DNA from: a virus
DNA: 64,000 bases
IMG/VR virus record: IMGVR_UViG_3300022745_000030
Span: 5,334 to 69,333 of that record
Direction: 5' to 3' (one strand)
This document shows, one piece after another, positions 57,188 through 64,000 of this stretch. The notes under the pieces are model-generated. The model ran no database searches and was not told the origin of the DNA. It saw nothing but the letters and a program-made list of their open reading frames with translations. The position numbers were made by a program, and so were the translations under genes. Position 1 is the first letter of the stretch; every line of letters starts with the position of its first letter.

Positions 57188-57751
57188 TTATTCCTCGACT
57201 TCGCAGAACTTCCAACGATTGCCCATTCTGCTGAGCCAAGCGGGTTCTTCATGGCAATGCCCAGCAAGTACGCCTTTCGTCCAAATTTCGCCATCATCCC
57301 GGAACCAAGCCCGCTTCCCATAATCCTCCGGCATTTTTGCAGGGCGGCGGGTGGGCTTCTTTGGAGTTGGTTCGACGGCGATGCGAGCCTGTTGCCATCC
57401 AACAAACTCTTTTTCTCCCGTTAGCGATTCCACCAGGAATCGAGCTTGTATGTCGGACGGAAACACCGCGATAAGTTTCCTGGATCTCCAACATTGGTAG
57501 TCGTGGTCCCGCACATCGACCATCTTGCCTATATCGGCAGGCGTGGGCTCCCGGTACTCGATCTCTGGTTCCGGTTTTGGGATTGGGGGCCACTCGGTAA
57601 GGGAGCCCCAGTCAATTTCTACTGTTCCCGCTTCGTAGTTATCCTGGTTGGAAGCTACAAAGTCGTTGCCGATCCTCACAATCTTGGTCATTGTAGGGAA
57701 AATTACCTTTGCAGCGTTGAACGCTTCTTCCGGTGTAATCGACTTTGTCAT
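57188..57751 (-). CDS. Multi-module hypothetical protein (paralogous family)
   Basis: ITPEEAF, YREPTPADIGK and RPAKMPEDYGKRAWFRDD modules. Confidence 0.7.
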   Translation of the reverse strand: MTKSITPEEAFNAAKVIFPTMTKIVRIGNDFVASNQDNYEAGTVEIDWGSLTEWPPIPKPEPEIEYREPTPADIGKMVDVRDHDYQCWRSRKLIAVFPSDIQARFLVESLTGEKEFVGWQQARIAVEPTPKKPTRRPAKMPEDYGKRAWFRDDGEIWTKGVLAGHCHEEPAWLSRMGNRWKFCEVEE

Positions 57752-57836
57752 GGTATACCTCTTTCTGTTGTTAAAACTCTGTGCCCCAACGAGGGGCACA
57801 GAGGGAACCTGAGTTCCATCCCAGGTCGCAAGGACC

Positions 57837-58214
57837 CTAATTCCCGCTGACGATGCGGGATACCTTTTCCAGAATCACTACTCTCGGGGCGACGATGCCT
57901 TTGACCACTGCCATCGTGGAGACAATAGTACAGACCGAGAAAATCACTAATGGCATCACAGTAAGTATCCCTAGGCAGACTATGTCTGAGCCTACTTTCT
58001 GCCTTGCTCTCCAAAGGTAAACTGCCCCGGCGATCGAGGCTAGCAGCATTGCCGCGAACACGGTTGCTTCGACGCCATGCGAGAGCAAGTACCAGGAAAT
58101 GTATTCCTTGGCTACTTCTGGCGCTTCCTGGGACATAAAATCCCCGGCGTTCTTTGTTGATGCTTCCAGGGCGTCCAGGTACCCCGAGAACCGTTCTTTC
58201 ATTGCCTCGTCCAT
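57837..58214 (-). CDS. Two-TM phage membrane protein
   Basis: QEAPEVAKEYISW...TM...TM...IVAPRVVILE pattern. Confidence 0.7.
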   Translation of the reverse strand: MDEAMKERFSGYLDALEASTKNAGDFMSQEAPEVAKEYISWYLLSHGVEATVFAAMLLASIAGAVYLWRARQKVGSDIVCLGILTVMPLVIFSVCTIVSTMAVVKGIVAPRVVILEKVSRIVSGN

Positions 58215-58370
58215 TGTCTACCTTTCGTTGTATGGTTGGGCCTTATGGTGCGTTCGCTAAGTCGTTTATCAGGGTCCAAGTCCCTGTGACCGCAGCACCC
58301 CAATCCTCGCTGGTGGTAGCCCAAGGTTCACCAGTTCAGCCGGTCGCTATCCGACATCTTGCTTGTAAAA

Positions 58371-58474
58371 GGATCGAGTAGGATTGGCTACCTGCTTGCA
58401 ACCGCCCGCTAAAAGCCGTTGCTGGCATCTCAGAATGCGGGTTCCGATCGTGGTTATCGCCACGCCGCCGATCC
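58371..58474 (-). ncRNA. Putative tRNA-like structured RNA
   Basis: Closed by a GGATCG/CGATCC stem with a T-arm-like hairpin at the 3' side; downstream of a TATACT box at 58497-58502. Confidence 0.35.
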
Positions 58475-58550
58475 AAGACCTGTCAAGTCCACCCACAGTA
58501 TACGCCGGGCACCCGGCACTCGGTAGTCCTATTCCCAGTTTTTTATCTGG

Positions 58551-58579
58551 TTGACAAAACCGGGTAAATATGCTACCAT
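58551..58579 (+). promoter_or_regulatory. Sigma70-type promoter
   Basis: TTGACA-17 bp-TACCAT with an extended -10 TG. Confidence 0.75.
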
Positions 58580-58582
58580 GCC

Positions 58583-59245
58583 GGGGCTCATTCGTAGCGG
58601 GCTGCGGTGGCAGATCGGGCCGACGACGTGGTTGCAATAGCAACGGGGTCGTGCGAAAGTGGCGATAGCGGGTAACCCGTAATTCGCCCGGCAGCGTGGT
58701 ACGGAGCCCTGCGATTGTCTGAGCAAAGATACAGAAAATTGTGTTGTGTAAGGTTGTTCTGCCGCTGCGTTCCTTGAACACGAAGCGGCTGGCACCTATC
58801 CCCGTCATGCAGCAAGTGTGCTGGATAAAAACGAAATGGGGGTAGCTAGTGCTCGAATAAGTACCCATGTATCTGGTTTTGGTCGGCTGGGCAGCCGGGA
58901 ATCGATCCCGGTGAAGGACAGCCTTGTTTTGTGGTTGAAAACGGCCTGCGCCCCAAAAGGGTGTCAGTCTCCGGGCTCCGCGCGGGTAGTCGATCCCGCA
59001 AGTAGGCTGCGTCCCGGTCACAATCTGGTCACTAGAAATTAAAGCCGTACCGGGGCCGCCCGGAAGAACACCACAGAAGCCACGTAATCGAAACACAGCA
59101 ACCCCGGAAACCGGGCAACCAACTCCTACTACCGTAAACCCAGCACCGAGGAACCCAGAGGCGGAAGCCGGGGGCCAAGGTGCTGGGACCGGGTAGACCA
59201 GGAGGGAAGCCTACGTCTGCGCCGATCCCGGCTGCCGGGTTTTTC
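58583..59245 (+). ncRNA. Putative large structured non-coding RNA (about 650 nt)
   Basis: No credible ORF; own promoter; many nested and long-range helices; ends at CCCGG-CTG-CCGGG-TTTTT. Confidence 0.55.
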
Positions 59246-59306
59246 CGACTGGGTTACCCAGCGGGGTATAATCATTCTTTTCGGCACCCGAACCAGAAAG
59301 CCAAAA

Positions 59307-59990
59307 ATGGCAAAACGACGATCAAGACGGCTGGACTTAGACGCGATCGATCTCACACAACCAAAGCCGGTAATCCAGGAACCCCGGTACCCGAAATTCG
59401 AATTCAAAACCCAGTCCCAGGTTGAAGCCTGGGAAGTGATCTCCGAAAACACGGTGATCTTTCTTGCCGGGCCTGCTGGCTGCGGAAAAACGACGTTAGC
59501 CACCGCTTGGGCTAACCAGGAAGTCAGCGCCCATCGCTTTAATCGCGTCATACACACGCGCCCGATAGTTGAGTCGCAAGAATCCCTGGGATGGTTGCCG
59601 GGCACCGTAGAAGAGAAGCTAGGGCCATACATGAGCCCGATCCGGGAGTGTAGCCGAAAAACCCAGAACGCCGGAATCCAAATCGATACCCTGCCTCTGG
59701 CGTACATGCGAGGGGCAACCTTCGTGAATTCGGTCTGCATCCTTGACGAAGCCCAGAACGCAACCAAAGGACAGCTAAAGCTGTATCTGACCCGGCTAGG
59801 CGATCACTCGAAAATGATCCTGTGTGGCGACTCCGATCAAAGCGATATCCGGGACTCCGGGTTCCTTTGGGCGATGGATAGCCTACGCGGGATACCTGGA
59901 GTCGGTTTCTACGAATTCTCGGCATCGGACTCCGTTCGGCACCCGCTAGTTGTAAAAATGATCGAACGCATGGACCCAAAGCGGGTATAA
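59307..59990 (+). CDS. phoH: PhoH-like protein
   Basis: GPAGCGKT, TRP, LGWLPG, AYMRGATF, LDEAQN, TRLG and GDSDQSD motifs. Confidence 0.95.
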   Translation: MAKRRSRRLDLDAIDLTQPKPVIQEPRYPKFEFKTQSQVEAWEVISENTVIFLAGPAGCGKTTLATAWANQEVSAHRFNRVIHTRPIVESQESLGWLPGTVEEKLGPYMSPIRECSRKTQNAGIQIDTLPLAYMRGATFVNSVCILDEAQNATKGQLKLYLTRLGDHSKMILCGDSDQSDIRDSGFLWAMDSLRGIPGVGFYEFSASDSVRHPLVVKMIERMDPKRV

Positions 59991-59997
59991 TGCTTCC

Positions 59998-60219
59998 ATG
60001 ATCCAGTTTTACGAACAGGGCGGAAGTAAGCCCGCAACAGTCACAGAGCCCGAAGCCATCCAATGGATTCGGGACCGGGCAGCCGAAAAGGGTATCGTTT
60101 ACCCAGAAATTATGGACCCAGAGTATCACATGCTCCTGGACTTCGTTTGTGATAACTGGGGATGGCAGATAGAGCCGATCGTAAAAGTCGGCGGAAGGGA
60201 AATAAGGATCGGAAGATGA
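59998..60219 (+). CDS. Hypothetical protein
   Basis: 73-aa ORF coupled to the next gene. Confidence 0.6.
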   Translation: MIQFYEQGGSKPATVTEPEAIQWIRDRAAEKGIVYPEIMDPEYHMLLDFVCDNWGWQIEPIVKVGGREIRIGR

Positions 60220-60590
60220 CAAGCAGCGAAAAGAACGGTCGCCGGGTGGAGTATATGCGGGGTACTGGACCAGGGGGCCAAAATCGAAACAAAGTAGAAT
60301 CAGCATGTCGTATCACCGATATTGAAACGGGTATCCAGGCGTACGCGGATTGCCGCACCCGCGAGGCATCTTACCGGATGGCTCTCACTGAATTGGAGAA
60401 ACGCATTAAGCAAGCCAAGGAAGAGGCGAAAGCCAAAGCCCGAAAGGCTAAGCGGGATCAAGCGATTCACGATCATACCGTCGTCAGAACGTACGATTTC
60501 AAATCGGGACAAGTCCGGGACCACAGAACCGGAAAATCGGCATCGATCAAGGACATTTTGGGTAAATCGAAATTGGAGAAACTCCGATGA
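60216..60590 (+). CDS. Truncated class I peptide chain release factor-like protein (GGQ domain)
   Basis: RGTGPGGQNRNKVESACRIT and VRTYDF...VRDHRTG. Confidence 0.88.
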   Translation: MTSSEKNGRRVEYMRGTGPGGQNRNKVESACRITDIETGIQAYADCRTREASYRMALTELEKRIKQAKEEAKAKARKAKRDQAIHDHTVVRTYDFKSGQVRDHRTGKSASIKDILGKSKLEKLR

Positions 60591-61189
60591 GTGAATGGCT
60601 GGAGTCTGTAGCGGCTGCACTAGCGAAAAAGGTGCAGGTAGAAAAGATGGCGTACATCGATACGCCGGGGCATCTAACGGTAGCCGATGCTGAGGTACTG
60701 CAAGAGGTATTTTCGGGCGTGAAGCACGTTGTAGACATAGGAACCCATCACGGGCGCAGCGCGGTAGCAATCGCGGCTGTAGCGGAACGGGTAACCACAA
60801 TCGACCACTACCGAGGCGATGCGCAAATCGGGGCTCCCAGCTTCGAGGGAGCGAAAACCAATCTCCGGGCAGCCGGGTGCCTGGGTAAGGTAACCCAGAT
60901 TGATTCGTGCTGGCAAAGAGCCCTACTAGCTGGGCACGTACACCTAGACCACGGGGACGGGGTATTCTATGACGCTGCCCACACACCCCGCGACCTGTAC
61001 GAAAAGGACTTCCTACAAATGGTCCTGGATCGCCCGGACCTGACAATAGCGATCCACGATTACAAACCGCTAGAGCCTGACATGGCTCACGCGGTGGCGG
61101 CTGTGAACTGGTTCGAAGAAGTATCGGGGCGCAGACGACACGGACCCGTACCCGGTAGCTCGGTTGTATGGTTCGAAAGGGAATCATGA
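60587..61189 (+). CDS. Class I SAM methyltransferase (Methyltransf_24-like)
   Basis: VDIGTHHGRS, TIDH, FYDAAH and IAIHDY motifs. Confidence 0.85.
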   Translation: MSEWLESVAAALAKKVQVEKMAYIDTPGHLTVADAEVLQEVFSGVKHVVDIGTHHGRSAVAIAAVAERVTTIDHYRGDAQIGAPSFEGAKTNLRAAGCLGKVTQIDSCWQRALLAGHVHLDHGDGVFYDAAHTPRDLYEKDFLQMVLDRPDLTIAIHDYKPLEPDMAHAVAAVNWFEEVSGRRRHGPVPGSSVVWFERES

Positions 61190-61887
61190 GCAACGAAGAA
61201 TTAGAAAAACTGATAAAGGAACTCCGGGCGGCTGGGTCCCAGGTATCCGAGGATCTCGGGAACCGGGCAGCCGATGCCCTGGAACAAGTTGTACGGCCAT
61301 CTATCGAGGTCGGTAAACTCCAGAAGTATATGGCCGAATCTATGGATGAAACGGTAGCCAGCACTTGGGAAGCCCTGCGGTCCCTCGACAAGCTGACCGA
61401 ACGCCAAAAGGTACTTCTGAGCGTAGACACAAGCGACCGCTACAAGCAAAGTCTCTTCGTGTACGGCATGACCCAAAGCTATTTTGATACCAACACGGTT
61501 TGCCAACGGCTAGGCATCAGCAAAAAGCTATTGGATACCTGGAGCAAGGAACCCGAATTCCAAGAACTCTTGGATACGATCCAATGGGCGCGCAAAAACT
61601 TCGTCGAGGGTAAGCTGATGGAAAGGATCGCCGGGGGTGACTCCAAGGCAATCATATTCGCAAGCCAAACACTCAACAAAGATCGGGGTTATGCCCAAGA
61701 GATTCGGGTATCTGGACAGGTAGAGCACACCCTAGGGCTTATCGATTTCTCCAAGTACAACATGCCCATCGAACTACAGAGCCAGCTATTAGACTGGATG
61801 CAGTCCGAAGGGCTGATTGACCTGGACGGGCTCCTAGTTGCTGACGCTTCCCAGGATCTCGACGGCGAGTTTACCAGGCTTCCCTAG
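61186..61887 (+). CDS. Terminase small subunit (putative)
   Basis: HTH CQRLGISKKLLDTW, then FVEGKL...GDSKAIIF...KDRGY, typical of TerS. Confidence 0.75.
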   Translation: MSNEELEKLIKELRAAGSQVSEDLGNRAADALEQVVRPSIEVGKLQKYMAESMDETVASTWEALRSLDKLTERQKVLLSVDTSDRYKQSLFVYGMTQSYFDTNTVCQRLGISKKLLDTWSKEPEFQELLDTIQWARKNFVEGKLMERIAGGDSKAIIFASQTLNKDRGYAQEIRVSGQVEHTLGLIDFSKYNMPIELQSQLLDWMQSEGLIDLDGLLVADASQDLDGEFTRLP

Positions 61888-62035
61888 GGTAGGGCACTAG
61901 CTGTAGCTTCTCAGCAATGTCGATACAGTAGCTCTCCGGGTACACTCGTACCCGTTTGCCATTAAATACCAGGGTCACCCAGGTTTTTCGGTCCTCGGCT
62001 TCCCGGATTGCCCTCGTAATTGCCCGCGACATTGT
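61871..62035 (-). CDS. Small hypothetical protein
   Basis: MSRAITRAIREA...LVFNGKRVRVYP; start position approximate. Confidence 0.45.
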   Translation of the reverse strand, partial: TMSRAITRAIREAEDRKTWVTLVFNGKRVRVYPESYCIDIAEKLQLVPYPREAW

Positions 62036-62217
62036 TTCGCCGGGCTCGCGTGAATCTCTACCATTATTTCCGCCCCCCAAGTACCAAAAGAACCGCCACC
62101 AAAACTACAACAATCTCCATAGTCTCACCAAATCGCCAAAACAGGGGCGCAGACGCAACCGGACACAGAAAAGGGGCAACCGGACCAAACGGCGGCCCGG
62201 TTGCGTTAGAATCGATT

Positions 62218-62904
62218 TTAGAGGTCTAGGTCTCGCTCAGCGTCTTCTATCTCGTCTTGGAGTCGCTCAATTTCGGCTTCGATCTCCTCTACCTGCTCGG
62301 CGGCTTGGTCCTGGGCTTCCTGGGTCGCGTTCGGGTCGTTGTAGAGTTCGTCCCGAATCTCTTCCGCGTCCGCTAACTTGTCTTCCAGATCGCTAACGAG
62401 GTCGCGGAAATGGTCTAGAGCTTCGTTTGCGGTTTCGTGGACCTTCTCCCGGTTGTAGTAGTCGCCCAAGAGGTAGATTGCAGGCCCGTTATCGTCGGTA
62501 AGCGCATCCAGGTAGTCGCCGTACCCGCAACGGTAGGCAGTTTCGTCGATTTGTTTTAAGACGCTAGAGGGCGAATAGCCCTTGAACATGCCCTGCAAAT
62601 CGCCCTGGCTGTATTCATCCAGAAAATCATCGTACTGGTCTGTGAAATCTTCCGGGTCCAGATTGTCACGGATAGCGTGCTCCACGTAATCCGAAACCTT
62701 GGGAAACCGGCCACCGGGCAGCCCGGCAATCCAGCCTAGCTCAACCTTTATCCCCCCTAGGGCTGGGCTGTCTTGGTTGTGGGTGGGGGCGGGAAGCTGG
62801 AAAAACTCAGTACAAAAAAACTCATTCGCCAGCATTCGCCGGTACTCGTTCTCAATCAAGAGGCAACGCGAAACAGGGTCCACGAAATAGGTATAAGTAG
62901 CCAT
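62218..62904 (-). CDS. Acidic coiled-coil hypothetical protein
   Basis: YDDFLDE...SVLKQIDETAYRCG motif; very acidic C-terminus; GGAG RBS. Confidence 0.75.
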   Translation of the reverse strand: MATYTYFVDPVSRCLLIENEYRRMLANEFFCTEFFQLPAPTHNQDSPALGGIKVELGWIAGLPGGRFPKVSDYVEHAIRDNLDPEDFTDQYDDFLDEYSQGDLQGMFKGYSPSSVLKQIDETAYRCGYGDYLDALTDDNGPAIYLLGDYYNREKVHETANEALDHFRDLVSDLEDKLADAEEIRDELYNDPNATQEAQDQAAEQVEEIEAEIERLQDEIEDAERDLDL

Positions 62905-62915
62905 AATGTAAACTC

Positions 62916-63000
62916 CAGGGAAACAGGGAAACAGGGAAACAGGGAAACAGGGAAACAGGGAAACAGGGAAACAGGGAAACAGGGAAACAGGGAAACAGGG
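62916..63000. repeat. Perfect 8-bp tandem repeat (CAGGGAAA) x about 10.6
   Basis: Read directly from the sequence; a shorter copy lies at 63227-63248. Confidence 0.95.
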
Positions 63001-63210
63001 TTAGCGATGCACGACAAAGGCGAAAACACTGGAAGCGGGCACGATAGACTCATTACCGCAAACGCCGTAACGCCGGGCGGCCTCTTCCGTGGAAAAGGCC
63101 AAAACATATCGCAAGTCACGGCTATAACTGTGCCCGGTCGGATTTAGAGCGGCATCGGCTACCCATTCCGGTTGATGTGTTTGCGTGTTGGTTCGTTGAA
63201 TTAGGTACAT
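63001..63210 (-). CDS. Small hypothetical protein
   Basis: MYLIQRT...FSTEEAA; GGAG RBS upstream. Confidence 0.6.
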   Translation of the reverse strand: MYLIQRTNTQTHQPEWVADAALNPTGHSYSRDLRYVLAFSTEEAARRYGVCGNESIVPASSVFAFVVHR

Positions 63211-63247
63211 ATTGAGAACTCCAAAAGGAAACAGGGAAACAGGGAAA

Positions 63248-63460
63248 CTACCAAACCAAAAGCGGGCGCAACTCCGCAAAATGCGCCGGGGACAAAAACC
63301 CAGGGCACAGCGTGTCCGGGCTATACCACCCATCAAGATAATCGCCATTCGTGCGGGCGGCTGGTTGCCCGGCTTTACGATCATTCTGTCCGGCTGTGAA
63401 GGCTTCTAGCCTTCTCAAGAGCCCTTCGCGCTTGAGGTCTTGCGCCTTTCTGCTTGTCAT
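63248..63460 (-). CDS. Small hypothetical protein
   Basis: 70 aa with GGAG RBS; AGQNDRKAG...YLDGW. Confidence 0.55.
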   Translation of the reverse strand: MTSRKAQDLKREGLLRRLEAFTAGQNDRKAGQPAARTNGDYLDGWYSPDTLCPGFLSPAHFAELRPLLVW

Positions 63461-63481
63461 TTTTGTCTATCTCCAAAAAAG

Positions 63482-64000
63482 TTACTTAGAGCGACCCGCA
63501 ATATGGGCAGAATGCAAGGCTAGATATTTTTCAAACGTGTAGCCGGGTAGCCGGGTCACGGCTTGGGGCAGGGATTCGGGGATTCGGGGCGTGGGTTCAG
63601 CTAAGACGCTCAATAGCGTTTGTGCCGCCACCCCGTGCAGACCTTGAAACGCGTCGCGGGTTAGTCGTGTATCCACGTCAAAGCAAATAACGGTAGCGGG
63701 GACCAAGCAGAAAAACCCGCTATGGTAATCCCCCGTGTTCCCGTCGCCCGTGTTCCGGTTGCCCGTGTTCCGGTTGCCCGTGTTCCGGTCGCCCGTGTTC
63801 CCGTCGCCCGTGTTCCGGTCGCCCGTGTTCCCGTAGCCCGTGTTCCCGTCGCCCGTGTTCCGGTTGCCCGTGTTCCAGTTGCCCGTGTTCCGGTCGCCCG
63901 TGTTCCGGTTGCCCGTGTTCCCGTCGCCCGTGTTCCCGTTGCCCGTGTTCCCGTCGCCCGTGTTCCGGTAGCCCGTGTTCCCGTAGCCCGTGTTCCCGCA
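63482..64000 (-). CDS. NTGxx pentapeptide-repeat protein (5' end outside the window)
   Basis: Frame open from 64000; 18 visible NTG(D/N/Y)(G/R/W/Y) units, then HSGFFC... to the stop. Confidence 0.8.
   Translation of the reverse strand, partial: CGNTGYGNTGYRNTGDGNTGNGNTGDGNTGNRNTGDRNTGNWNTGNRNTGDGNTGYGNTGDRNTGDGNTGDRNTGNRNTGNRNTGDGNTGDYHSGFFCLVPATVICFDVDTRLTRDAFQGLHGVAAQTLLSVLAEPTPRIPESLPQAVTRLPGYTFEKYLALHSAHIAGRSK
63725..64000. repeat. 15-bp coding tandem repeat (about 18 units)
   Basis: Near-invariant CCCGTGTTCC core every 15 bp, with variable bases between. Confidence 0.95.

Noticed and set aside
58347-59096. 249-aa minus-strand ORF across the candidate ncRNA
   Set aside because: No recognisable motifs, atypical composition, and it runs through two divergent promoters; treated as a shadow ORF, though not formally excluded.
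58583-59245. tmRNA, RNase P RNA or canonical tRNA cluster
   Set aside because: It starts GGGGCT like tmRNA, but I see no matching tRNA-like 3' end with CCA, no RNase P GAGGAAAGTCC motif and no standard cloverleaf.
60216-60590. Release factor as a sign of stop-codon reassignment
   Set aside because: Core genes are intact in the standard code and end in TAA, TAG and TGA next to the following starts; the protein lacks a codon-recognition domain.
60300-61430. Long antisense ORFs (also 5159-6256, 17102-18076, 37689-38678)
   Set aside because: They lie opposite well-supported genes and carry no motifs; these are shadow frames expected in GC-rich DNA.
62916-64000. CRISPR array
   Set aside because: Units are 8 and 15 bp with no unique spacers; the 15-mer is an in-frame coding repeat; no cas genes are present.
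1-64000. Integrated prophage
   Set aside because: No integrase, repressor cassette or flanking host genes seen; lifestyle cannot be settled because the genome extends beyond the window.

Overview
This window is most of a tailed dsDNA phage genome (siphovirus-like), probably infecting a planctomycete; the host is inferred from several host-like small proteins. Bases 1-25 kb (+) carry the virion genes: terminase large subunit (cut by the window edge), portal, protease/scaffold, capsid, a membrane/peptidase cluster, fibre, neck, tail, a 1110-aa Cys/Thr-rich tail protein and a glycosyltransferase-methyltransferase. Bases 25-58 kb (mostly -) carry replication and recombination genes: split Rad50 plus Mre11, split PolA, clamp and loader, RecA, SSB, helicase, primase, an intein-containing SNF2 helicase, a sigma factor, and many small paralogous genes. 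Bases 59-62 kb (+) carry PhoH, a GGQ release-factor fragment, a methyltransferase and the small terminase. The end of the window has short-repeat-rich leftward genes. The main leads are (1) a promoter- and terminator-bounded, heavily base-paired non-coding region of about 650 nt at 58.6-59.2 kb, a candidate large phage ncRNA, and (2) a candidate virion O-glycosylation system: two glycosyltransferases next to a mucin-like tail protein, plus Thr-rich C-terminal tags on the capsid and tail-tube proteins. Also notable are an ATE/Bpt-like transferase and a class 3 intein starting with Asp. All product calls come from motif recognition by eye, not from database searches.
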